64,000 nt of DNA from Alphaproteobacteria bacterium (GTDB lineage Bacteria; Pseudomonadota; Alphaproteobacteria; Puniceispirillales; Marisalimonadaceae): positions 599,095 through 663,094 of the forward strand of contig JAYPPQ010000004.1 in assembly GCA_038131545.1 (NCBI GenBank). The letters run 5' to 3'. Positions 29,575-39,150 of the stretch are shown here, one piece after another. Position numbers and translations under genes: made by a program. Numbering within the stretch: the stretch's first letter is position 1; every line of letters starts with the position of its first letter. Below the pieces are notes generated by a model, which searched no databases, had not been told where the DNA came from, and worked only from the letters and a program-made list of their open reading frames with translations.

Positions 29575-29743
29575 CCATGGAAGAGGTAATAGTAAATAAT
29601 TAAATATACCTCCACCAATTAGGCCAATAAAAAGTGTAATTAAAATATATTTTATTGATGTTAATATTTTATTTCTCTAAATTATTACGGAAAGTTACTA
29701 AGTAGCATAAATTAAAATAATTAAAATAGAAAGAATTCGTTAG

Positions 29744-30853
29744 ATGGAAAAACAAGTTAGAGTAAATGTGAAAGATGCTGAAATTTTAATATCTGAAATT
29801 TTTCAAAAAAAGGATTGTATTAAACAAGAGGCAAATCTCATTTCTAAAAGATTATGTCTTTCAAACCTTAAAGGCCATGATAGTCATGGTATTGTAAGGG
29901 TCCCTCGTTATTGTGATTGGGTTGATGAAGGCAAAGTTTTTCCAAATAAAGAACATTCATTAATTTTAGACTCTGGTGCACTTGCTTTGATAGATGCTAA
30001 TCAGGGATTTGGACAAATAATGGGTGAAAAGTCTGTTCATGAGGGTACTAAAAGAGCAAAAAAATATGGAGTTTCTCTTATTGGTTTAAAAAACTCAGGG
30101 CACCTTGGTAGAATTGGTGATTGGTCAGAACTCGCTGCTGATGAAAATTGTGTTTCGCTTCATTTTGTCAACGTAAGGGGAAGTTTACTAGTAGCTCCTT
30201 TTGGTGGATCTGATAGAAGAGGAAGTACATCTCCATTATCAATTGGGGTTCCTGTTAAAGGAAAAGAACATGTGATTTTAGACATGGCCACATCAACTGT
30301 TGCGGAAGGAAAAGCCTTAGTTGCCCAAAAAGGTGGTAAAAAATTACCTATGGGTGCTTTAATAGATAACTTGGGAAATCTTACAAATAATACTGAAGCT
30401 TTATATGGTAAAATTGGACCTGAGGATGTTCCTAATCCAGAGGATGGAGATGGTGCAATAACTGCATTTGGAATGCATAAGGGATCAGGAATTAATTTTA
30501 TGATGGAAATATTGGGTGGCGCACTTACAAGTAATGATACATGTGCAATAGATCATAAAAATATTAGACCTTTTGCAAACGGTATGCTTTCTATTTACAT
30601 AGATGTTGAAAAGTTTGTTGATGTAGATTACTTCTCAAAAGAAGTTCAAGCTTACTCTAATTTCGTAAGATCGTCACCTCCGGCAGAAGGAGTTGATAAA
30701 GTCATGATACCTGGTGATAACGAAAAAAAAATATATAATGACAGAATTCAAAACGGAATTCCTATTGCAGAAGAAGCATGGAATTTAATTACTTTAAGAG
30801 CAAAAAGTTTAGGTGTTGATGATCTAAATAGATTTCAAAAAGCTGTTTATTAA
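29744..30853 (+). CDS. Ldh_2 family oxidoreductase (malate/L-lactate dehydrogenase 2; ureidoglycolate DH / pyrroline- or piperideine-2-carboxylate reductase type)
   Basis: GHDSHGIVRVPRY and NSGHLGRIG motifs; 369 aa. Confidence 0.8.
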   Translation: MEKQVRVNVKDAEILISEIFQKKDCIKQEANLISKRLCLSNLKGHDSHGIVRVPRYCDWVDEGKVFPNKEHSLILDSGALALIDANQGFGQIMGEKSVHEGTKRAKKYGVSLIGLKNSGHLGRIGDWSELAADENCVSLHFVNVRGSLLVAPFGGSDRRGSTSPLSIGVPVKGKEHVILDMATSTVAEGKALVAQKGGKKLPMGALIDNLGNLTNNTEALYGKIGPEDVPNPEDGDGAITAFGMHKGSGINFMMEILGGALTSNDTCAIDHKNIRPFANGMLSIYIDVEKFVDVDYFSKEVQAYSNFVRSSPPAEGVDKVMIPGDNEKKIYNDRIQNGIPIAEEAWNLITLRAKSLGVDDLNRFQKAVY

Positions 30854-30992
30854 ACATTAAATATCATTGATCTAATTGATTAAAATTTAATCAAATATAT
30901 AATAAAAACATAAATAAAAATAAAGCTACATAAAAAATGCTCTATTTTTATTCATAACACTGTAAATTGATTTAATTATTTTTGGTGTTTAA

Positions 30993-31670
30993 ATGTTTGA
31001 ATTAAGATTTTTTGAAATATATCGTTCGGAAGAATTCGTTAATCTTTTAATTGAAGGCATTTTAGTCAGCACAGGACTTACTATATCAGCTGGTATTTTT
31101 GGTTTTATTATTGCTTTTATTCTTGCAGCAGTAATTTATTGGAAAATATTTGCACTAAGTTTCATATCTACATGTTATGTAGACTTCATTAGAAACACAC
31201 CATTAATAGTGCAATTATTTTTTATAACTTTTGGTTTACCTGCGCTTATTGGTTATGTGTGGCCATTTTGGTGTCATGCAATGTTAGCTTTAACAATAAA
31301 TTTCTCAGGTTATTTCGCAGAAATTTTGAGGAGTGGATATGAATCTATTCCAAGGGGACAATTAGAAGCAGCATCAGCTTTGAATTTAAATAAAAAGATA
31401 ATTTTTAAAAAAATAATATTACCACAAACGATAATTAAAATGTTTCCATCATTATCAAGTCAATTTATTTTTATTTTTCTAACTACAGGTGTTATTTCAG
31501 AAATCGGTGTTACAGAACTTACTCACGCTGGATTATTTATTGATAGTAGGACATTCAGATCATTCGAAATCTTTATTGTTCTTACAATTTTGTATATACT
31601 TCTATCGCTTATTTATAAATCAACTTTAGAACTATTTTTTAAAAATACACTTGGAAAAAGAGGTTCATAA
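30993..31670 (+). CDS. amino-acid ABC transporter permease (His/Glu/Gln/Arg/opine family)
   Basis: FIRNTPLIVQLFF and EAASALNLNK (EAA loop). Confidence 0.8.
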   Translation: MFELRFFEIYRSEEFVNLLIEGILVSTGLTISAGIFGFIIAFILAAVIYWKIFALSFISTCYVDFIRNTPLIVQLFFITFGLPALIGYVWPFWCHAMLALTINFSGYFAEILRSGYESIPRGQLEAASALNLNKKIIFKKIILPQTIIKMFPSLSSQFIFIFLTTGVISEIGVTELTHAGLFIDSRTFRSFEIFIVLTILYILLSLIYKSTLELFFKNTLGKRGS

Positions 31671-32353
31671 TGGAAGATTTGTTTATAAGTCTATTTGGAA
31701 AGCCTGAAGGAATTATATTAAGCCAATTAATAGCGGCTTGTAGATTTACTATATATCTTTCGTTGATTGCGTTCATTGGTGGAGGAATTTTAGGTGGTTT
31801 AATTACTTTACTAAGAATAATACCAAGTAAATTTTTGAATAACATTAGTTTTGCATATGTTTGGTTGTTTCAATCAGTTCCACTCTTAATGCTTTTATTT
31901 TTATTGGGTTTAGGTGTCCCTAGATTAATAGGTTATGATATTGATCCTTGGATAGCTGCAACACTATCTTTAGTTATCTTTACATCTGCTTACCTTTCAG
32001 AAGTCTGGAGAGGTTCTATTATTGCAGTTTCTCAAGGTCAATGGGAGGCAGCAAAGAGCTTAAACATAAACTTTAAATTTACACTTTTACTAGTCATTAT
32101 CCCTCAAGCGTTCAAATATAGTATTGCACCTACGATTAGTTTTTTAATTCAAATTATTAAAGGTACTTCTTTAGCTTATATAATCGGTTTTCAAGATCTT
32201 ATGTTATTAGGAAAAAGATGGGCAAATGCACCTGTTCCAGGTTCAGAACCATTTATCATTTTCCCTTTAATGGCAGTTATGTATTTCTGCCTTTGTTACC
32301 CTCTAGCTGTTTATGCAAAACATTTAGAGAAAAAAATCATATTAAATAATTAA
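31670..32353 (+). CDS. amino-acid ABC transporter permease
   Basis: QSVPLLMLLF and EAAKSLNIN EAA loop. Its start overlaps the previous stop. Confidence 0.8.
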   Translation: MEDLFISLFGKPEGIILSQLIAACRFTIYLSLIAFIGGGILGGLITLLRIIPSKFLNNISFAYVWLFQSVPLLMLLFLLGLGVPRLIGYDIDPWIAATLSLVIFTSAYLSEVWRGSIIAVSQGQWEAAKSLNINFKFTLLLVIIPQAFKYSIAPTISFLIQIIKGTSLAYIIGFQDLMLLGKRWANAPVPGSEPFIIFPLMAVMYFCLCYPLAVYAKHLEKKIILNN

Positions 32354-32372
32354 ATTAATGAAAGGAGATAAT

Positions 32373-33149
32373 ATGTTTAAATTAATTAAATTATTTTTTG
32401 TATTCTTTGCCTTAACACTTGGTACTGCAAATGCAGATTTAAGTGATATCTTAAAGAAAGGTGAAGTAAAAATAGCAGTCCCAGAAGCTTTTGCACCATT
32501 TGGAGCTGTTGGAAAATCTGGAGAGCATGAAGGTTACGATGTTGATGTCGCAAAACTTGTTGCTAAAGATCTAGGAGTTAAATTAACTATTGTTCCTGTA
32601 GTTTCTAAACAAAGGATACCTTTTTTAGAAACAGATAAAGTTGATTTAGTTATTTCTGTAATGGGAGCAAATCCTCAAAGAGCTAAATCAATTAATTTTT
32701 CAAGAGCTTATGCACCATTTTTCTCTGGCGTTTTTGCTTCTTCAAAATTGAAAATTTCTTCTTATGAAGATCTTGATGGTTTGAAAATTGGTGTTACTGG
32801 TGGAACTTTAGAAGATTTAGAACTTACTAAAAGAGCTCCTAAAGGTGCAAAGATTACAAGGTTTGGTGATAATGCCGCTACATTAAGTGCAATCAAATCA
32901 GGTCAAGTTGATGTTTTAGTTTCTGGAAACACAGCTGCTGCATCTTTAACAGAAGCAGATCCAAACTTTGATCTTAAAACTAAGTTTATTATCAAGGAAA
33001 GTCCATGTTTCATTGGAGTTAAAAAAGGTAATGAAGATCTTTTAAGATGGGTAAATGTTTTTATTCTTCATAAAATTTTAGGTGGAGATTTAAACAAAAT
33101 TTCTAATAAATGGTTAGGTCAAGATTTACCTCCATTACCATCTTTATAA
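32373..33149 (+). CDS. amino-acid ABC transporter substrate-binding protein (family 3)
   Basis: AAGGAG at 32362-32367 precedes the ATG at 32373. Signal peptide MFKLIKLFFVFFALTLGTANA. The ORF track starts 15 nt earlier. Confidence 0.75.
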   Translation: MFKLIKLFFVFFALTLGTANADLSDILKKGEVKIAVPEAFAPFGAVGKSGEHEGYDVDVAKLVAKDLGVKLTIVPVVSKQRIPFLETDKVDLVISVMGANPQRAKSINFSRAYAPFFSGVFASSKLKISSYEDLDGLKIGVTGGTLEDLELTKRAPKGAKITRFGDNAATLSAIKSGQVDVLVSGNTAAASLTEADPNFDLKTKFIIKESPCFIGVKKGNEDLLRWVNVFILHKILGGDLNKISNKWLGQDLPPLPSL

Positions 33150-33159
33150 ATATTATGTA

Positions 33160-33193
33160 GCCTAACCTATTGATTTAGGTTAGGCATTTTATT
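33160..33193 (+). terminator. rho-independent terminator after the amino-acid ABC genes
   Basis: GCCTAACCT (33160-33168) pairs with AGGTTAGGC (33177-33185) across an 8-nt loop, followed by ATTTTATT. Confidence 0.6.
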
Positions 33194-33856
33194 ATGAAAA
33201 ACAAAATTACAATTCCAGCTGGTCAAGGAAAAGCTTTCAAATTAAGCAAGTTTGATACAATTTCTATCATTAACACTTTTGGTACTCAAGTCGTAGATTG
33301 TTGGGCATTTAATTCATTTGATGTTAATGAATATATGTCTATGGAGACAAGTAGGGTATGGTCTCAAAGATTAAATCCTATAATAGGTGATACATTTGTA
33401 ACTAATTTAAGAAATAAAATTTTAACAATTGTTGAGGACACATCTCCAGGTGTACATGACACTTTTATGGCAGCTTGTGATAAAAGAAGATACGAATTGT
33501 TAGGAGTGAAGAATTATCATAGAAATTGTTGTGACAATCTAATTGAAGCTCTTCAAGAATATAAAATACAATTAGAAAAACCTATATTAGCATCATTTAA
33601 TATTTTTATGAATATAGAAGTGCAAGAAGATAAAAAAACATTACATACTCTTCCTACTGTAACTAAACCAGGGGATAAAATAACTTTAAGAGCTGAAATG
33701 GATTGTTTTGTTGTACTTTCTTCTTGTCCTCAAGACATAGTAAAAATTCAAGGACAACTCGATAATGAACCTAAAAGTGTTGAAGTGTTAATTAGCAAAC
33801 AAGATGATAGCTTCAAGAATGTGAAAACATTAAACACTTGGATCCCAGAAAATTAA
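33194..33856 (+). CDS. DUF1989 (urea-carboxylase-associated) family protein
   Basis: IPAGQGKAFKL...GTQVVDCWAFN...HDTFMAACD pattern; 220 aa. Confidence 0.6.
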   Translation: MKNKITIPAGQGKAFKLSKFDTISIINTFGTQVVDCWAFNSFDVNEYMSMETSRVWSQRLNPIIGDTFVTNLRNKILTIVEDTSPGVHDTFMAACDKRRYELLGVKNYHRNCCDNLIEALQEYKIQLEKPILASFNIFMNIEVQEDKKTLHTLPTVTKPGDKITLRAEMDCFVVLSSCPQDIVKIQGQLDNEPKSVEVLISKQDDSFKNVKTLNTWIPEN

Positions 33857-33945
33857 CAAATTAATAGATTACTGTTTTAATAATTTAAATTGAACTCCAA
33901 AAATATATTACTTAAAATAATTTATAATTACTTTAGGCATTAATA

Positions 33946-35355
33946 TTGGAAGAAAAAAATTACATATACGTCAATAAAGAACAATATGAAATTGCTACTT
34001 TAGATTATGACAAGTCTTTATTAGATTGGATTAGAACAAATATTAATCTTAAAGGAACTAAAGAAGGTTGTAATGAAGGTGACTGCGGAGCGTGCTCTGT
34101 AATTATTACAGACCAAAGAGAAAAGAAAATCAAAGCAATTAATTCGTGTTTAGTCAGGTTAGGACAAATAATCAATTATAATATTTTTACTATCGAAGGG
34201 TTGTCAGAGAATAATAATTTAAATTCAATTCAAGAAAGCTTTATAAAAAATCATGCATCTCAGTGTGGCTTTTGCACACCAGGATTTATAATTTCAGGAA
34301 CGGCTTTGTTGATGAACAAAAATGATATTAAAGAAGAAGATATTCATGATTGCTTATCTGGCAATCTTTGTAGGTGTACAGGGTATTCTCCTATAATTAA
34401 ATCTTTCCATGAAGCTAAAGGTAAAAAAATCAAACCTTTTATTCCTTTAAAAACTAAATATGTAAATAAAATTAAAGTTGGTAATACAAAGTATTATCAT
34501 CCTCAGAATTTAAAGGAATTAAAAAAAAATATAAAGGAATTAAGAGAATTTAAATTTTTGTCAGGAGGAACAGATTTAAATTTAATTAGACCCTATATAA
34601 AAGAAAATGAAGAAAATATTATATCTTTAAAAAATGTAAATGAATTAAATAAAATAGAAGTTTCTAAATCAAAAATAAAATTAGGATCTTGTGTTTCAAT
34701 AGAAGATTTTTTAAATGTTGCAAAAAATAAATTACCCCAAATTGTTGATTTATTAAAAAGATTTGGATCTCCATTAATAAGAAATCAAGCTAGTATTGGC
34801 GGAAATTTATGTACTTCTAGTCCGATTGGTGATTTAGCTCCAATATTTTTAGTTCTTGACTCTGAATTAACTATAAATAATGGAAAAGAAATAAATAAAA
34901 TAAATCTAGAAAAATTTTTTAAAGGTTATAGGCAAAATGTTTTAAATAAAAAATCATTTCTTCAAAGTATCTCATTTCTTTTACCAAAAAAAGACTATCA
35001 ATTTTTCTCATGGAAATTTTCTAAGAGATATGATCAGGATATATCTACAGTTAGTATTGCAATTTTAATTAAAGTTAAAAATTCACTCATCTCAGATATT
35101 AAAATTGCTGCAGGTGGTGTTTTTGAAAAGCCAATATTATTAAAAAACTTATCTAATTTTTTAATAAATAAAAATGTAAATACTTTACTCTCTAATTTAG
35201 AAAACAAGTTACAAAAAGATATTTCTCCAATATCAGATTTTAGAGGAACATCTGAATATAGAAACCAGGTAATGAATAATTCTTTTACTAAGTTATATCG
35301 TTTATTAAGTAATAATTCAGAAATTAATAATATCATGGAAGTTGGACATGGATGA
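33946..35355 (+). CDS. xdhA: xanthine dehydrogenase small subunit (2Fe-2S + FAD)
   Basis: TTG start; GCNEGDCGACSV, CGFCTPG and CRCTGY iron-sulfur motifs; FAD-domain LSGGTDL. Confidence 0.85.
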   Translation: MEEKNYIYVNKEQYEIATLDYDKSLLDWIRTNINLKGTKEGCNEGDCGACSVIITDQREKKIKAINSCLVRLGQIINYNIFTIEGLSENNNLNSIQESFIKNHASQCGFCTPGFIISGTALLMNKNDIKEEDIHDCLSGNLCRCTGYSPIIKSFHEAKGKKIKPFIPLKTKYVNKIKVGNTKYYHPQNLKELKKNIKELREFKFLSGGTDLNLIRPYIKENEENIISLKNVNELNKIEVSKSKIKLGSCVSIEDFLNVAKNKLPQIVDLLKRFGSPLIRNQASIGGNLCTSSPIGDLAPIFLVLDSELTINNGKEINKINLEKFFKGYRQNVLNKKSFLQSISFLLPKKDYQFFSWKFSKRYDQDISTVSIAILIKVKNSLISDIKIAAGGVFEKPILLKNLSNFLINKNVNTLLSNLENKLQKDISPISDFRGTSEYRNQVMNNSFTKLYRLLSNNSEINNIMEVGHG

Positions 35356-37665
35356 TGTAAAAACGTTTGTTGTTGGTAAAAAACTCTATCATGATTCTTC
35401 ATCTAAACAGGTTACAGGAGAAGCTGTTTACGTTGATGACATCCCCACTCCAGAGGGGACATTACATGCAGCCCTCATAACTTCTCCTTGTGCATATGGC
35501 AAATTAAAAGATTTTGATTTAAAAGAATTAGATAAGCTTCCATATAAAACTTTTTTCTTTTCAGCTAAAGACATTCCTGGAAAAAATGATATCGGGCCAA
35601 TATTTGGCAATGAACCAATTTTTGCTGAAAAAGAGTTTACATATTTTGGACAACCGCTTGGTGTTGTGATTACCGATAATCATTATAAATCAATGCATGC
35701 AGCAAAAAAATCAAAGTAATTTATGAGGAATTTAAAAAGCCAATCCTAAATATTGATGAAGCTTTCAATAGAAAATCATTTTTTGGGAAACCTCTGATTA
35801 TTGAAACAGGAAATGTTAAAGAAAAATTAAAGATTTCAAAAAATAAAATTAAGGGAAGTTTTTATATTGGTGGTCAGGATCATTTTTATTTAGAAGGTCA
35901 GATATCTTTATCAATACCAAACGAAAATCAAGAATTTACTGTTTGGTCTAGTACTCAGCACCCAACCGAGGTTCAGCATGGTGTTTCTAATGTTTTGAAA
36001 TTACCTTCAGCAAAAATTGACTGTAAAACAAGAAGACTGGGAGGTGGATTTGGTGGTAAAGAGAGCCAAGCTACAATATTTGCAGCAATTTCTGCCTTAG
36101 GTGCTCATTTACTGAACAAACCAGTTAAATTAAGGCTGGATAGATTTACTGATATGACTGTAAGTGGAAAAAGGCATGACTTTAAAGTTTTATACGATGT
36201 TGGTTTTAAAGATGATGGAAAAATTAATGCTATTGATATTAAGCTTTTAAGTAATGGCGGTAATGTATTAGATCTCTCTGGTCCTGTGATGACAAGGGCT
36301 TTAACACACTTAGATAATTGTTATTCTTTTAAAAATTTCAAAGCTTTGGGTTATATTTGTAAAACAAATACTGTTTCAAATACAGCATTTCGAGGCTTTG
36401 GCGGGCCTCAAGGAATGTTAGCTATAGAATCTATTATGGATAATGTAGCTAATTATTTAAATTTAACTTTAGATGAAATAAGAAACAAAAATTTTTATTC
36501 AAAATCAAATGGTTTTAAAACACCTTATGGGCAAAAAGTTACTCATTCAAATTTAGATAAAGTTTTAAAAGAGGTAAAAAAATTAAGTAATTACAAAGAA
36601 AAAGTTTTGGAAATAAAAAAATTTAATGATCATCAAATTTTAAATAATTTACCATTTAGAAAAGGTATTGCGATAGTACCAGCTAAATTTGGTATTTCAT
36701 TTAATAAACCATCATTAAATCAAGCGGGAGCTCTAATTAATGTTTATTCTGATGGTTCTATTAGACTTAATCATGGCGGCACAGAAATGGGGCAAGGATT
36801 ATTTATAAAAGTTGCTCAAGTTGTAGCAGAATGTTTTGGAGTATCTATTGAAAAAATCCATATCACACCAACTAATACAGCTGAAGTGCCTAATACATCT
36901 GCAACAGCTGCATCTTCAGGTTCCGATTTAAATGGAATGGCTGCTTGGAAAGCTTCAGAAACTATTAAAAGAAGAATGATACAGTGTGCTAAAAATTATT
37001 TTAAGAACATGTCTGCAGAGGTAATATTTAGGGATAATCATATTTTTGTAGGAAATAAAAATATTTCCTTTAACAATTTAGCAAAAAAATGTTGGGAAGA
37101 AAGAATTTCACTTTCATCTACAGGCTTTTACAAAACTCCTAAAATTTATTGGGATCAAAATAAATTAAAAGGTAGACCTTACTTTTATTATACATGGGGG
37201 GCTTCAGTTTCTGAGTCTATTTTAGATATTGAGACTGGAGAAACTAGAATTTTAAATGCTTACATAGTTGAGGATTGTGGTAAATCTCTAAATGAAGCTA
37301 TTGATATTGGACAAGTTGAAGGAGGATTTGTACAAGGCCTCGGTTGGCTTTCGTGCGAAGAGTTATTTTTTAACCAATCGGGAAAGTTGTTAACTGTTGG
37401 TCCATCTACATACAAAATTCCAGGTAGTCGGGATATACCAAGAGAATTTAAAGTAAAGCTCCTAGAAAAAACTTTTAATGAAGAAAAAACAATTTTTAGA
37501 TCAAAAGCAGTTGGTGAACCTCCACTTCTACTTGCAATTTCTCATTTTTTAGCAATAAAAAATGCTCTTTCTTTTATTAATAATCAAGCTGTTAATCGTG
37601 ATCTAAATACTCCTTTAACACCCTCAAACATATTAAACTTTATAAAAAGTAAACATGTTAAATAA
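35348..37665 (+). pseudogene. xdhB: xanthine dehydrogenase molybdopterin subunit, interrupted by a 1-nt frameshift
   Basis: ORFs 35342-35719 and 35995-37665 are N- and C-terminal parts of one XdhB (RRLGGGFGGKE, TAASSGSDLNG, VEGGFVQGLGW, GEPP). The gap 35711-35994 is open in the second frame (IKVIYEEFKKPILNIDEA...FYLEGQ...). The frames join at the A7 run 35704-35710. Confidence 0.85.
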
Positions 37666-37668
37666 AAA

Positions 37669-37685
37669 CTGATATTCAATATCAG
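37669..37685 (+). terminator. AT-rich hairpin after xdhB (weak terminator candidate)
   Basis: CTGATATT-C-AATATCAG, an 8-bp perfect stem with no U-tract downstream. Confidence 0.25.
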
Positions 37686-37740
37686 AAAATACTATATATT
37701 GTACTTTGTCATATTATTGTAACAATATAAAGGAGGTAAT

Positions 37741-39069
37741 ATGGTAGATCTTAAAAATGCTACAGCAGAAGATTTAAAAAATCCTGATTACGTGCCACCA
37801 TTAGGTACTGGAATTACATTAGGTCTTCAGCATGTATTGGCTATGTTTGTAAGTAACTTTACACCAGCCATCATTATAGGAGGTGCTGCAGGTTTCGCTT
37901 TTGGAAGTGCTGATGCAGTATTCCTAATTCAAATGTCAATGCTTTTTGCAGGTATTGCAACTTTATTCCAAACCATTGGGATGGGACCTATTGGTGCTAG
38001 ATTACCTGTAATGCAAGGTACTAGTTTTGCATTTATTCCAGTAATGATACCTGCAGTTAAATCAGCTGGTCTGGGAGCATTATTTGGAGGAATTGTTATT
38101 GGAGGTCTCTTTCATGCCTTCTTGGGAACTATAATTGGAAAAATTCGTCATTGGTTTCCTCCTCTTGTCAGTGGACTAATTATACTTGCAATTGGTATCT
38201 ATTTAATACCTGTTGGAATTAAATATGCTGCGGGAGGTGCTGCAGATTTTCAAATGAAAAATCCTGCCTGGGGCGGAATGTCTCATTGGGGATTAGCTTT
38301 GATAGTCATAATTTCATCTTTTATTCTAAAGTTTTGGACACGTGGAATCATGTCTAGTGCTGCTGTATTAATTGGTATGATAATAGCTTATTTAGTTGCT
38401 GCAGCCATGGGTAATGTAAATTTTTCAGGTGTTGAAAAAGCAGCTTGGTTTGCAATACCAGAGCCCATGAAGTATGGCTTTGACATCAATATAGGTGTCA
38501 TTGTCGCAATTTGTTTGATGTCTATTGTTAGTGCGATTGAAACTGTTGGTGATATATCTGGAATTGCAAGAGGTGGAGCTGGCAGAGAGGCTACTGATGA
38601 AGAAATCAAAGGTGGTACTTATGCAGACGGTTTTGGCACTGCTATAGCTGGAATATTTGGTGGATTGCCAAATACAAGTTTTAGTCAGAATGTTGGTTTA
38701 ATCTCTATGACTGGTGTAATGAGTCGAAGAGTGGTTACTATAGGCGCGGTATTTCTTATTTTATGCGGATTAATACCAAAAGTTGGCGCTTTAGTATCAT
38801 CAATGCCAATTGCTGTACTTGGTGGTGGTGTCATTGTAATGTTTGGAATGGTTGCTGCTGCTGGAATTAATATGTTAAGTGCTGTTAAATGGGATAGAAG
38901 AAATATGATGATTTTTGCTATTTCATTATCAATTGGTTTTGGACTTCAAAAAGTTCCAATGGCAGTTCAACATTTAGATGGTACTTTAAAGCTATTAATG
39001 ACTTCAGGTTTATTGCCAGCAGCTGTAATAGCTGTTGTTCTTAACTTAGTAATACCAGAAGAAAAATAA
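37741..39069 (+). CDS. NCS2 family nucleobase:cation symporter (xanthine/uric acid permease type)
   Basis: Strong SD AAGGAGG; 442 aa multi-TM with NCS2-like QHVLAMF and ETVGDISG segments. Confidence 0.85.
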   Translation: MVDLKNATAEDLKNPDYVPPLGTGITLGLQHVLAMFVSNFTPAIIIGGAAGFAFGSADAVFLIQMSMLFAGIATLFQTIGMGPIGARLPVMQGTSFAFIPVMIPAVKSAGLGALFGGIVIGGLFHAFLGTIIGKIRHWFPPLVSGLIILAIGIYLIPVGIKYAAGGAADFQMKNPAWGGMSHWGLALIVIISSFILKFWTRGIMSSAAVLIGMIIAYLVAAAMGNVNFSGVEKAAWFAIPEPMKYGFDINIGVIVAICLMSIVSAIETVGDISGIARGGAGREATDEEIKGGTYADGFGTAIAGIFGGLPNTSFSQNVGLISMTGVMSRRVVTIGAVFLILCGLIPKVGALVSSMPIAVLGGGVIVMFGMVAAAGINMLSAVKWDRRNMMIFAISLSIGFGLQKVPMAVQHLDGTLKLLMTSGLLPAAVIAVVLNLVIPEEK

Positions 39070-39081
39070 AAAAATAAAAAA

Positions 39082-39107
39082 ATGCATCACCTTTACGGGT
39101 GATGCAT
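39082..39107. terminator. GC-containing hairpin; the T-tract is on the minus-strand side only
   Basis: ATGCATCACC (39082-39091) pairs with GGTGATGCAT (39098-39107) across a 6-nt loop, flanked by A-runs on the plus strand. Confidence 0.45.
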
Positions 39108-39150
39108 AAAAAAAATAGACTAATCTCTCTTATTAATTAACAATTTAAAT

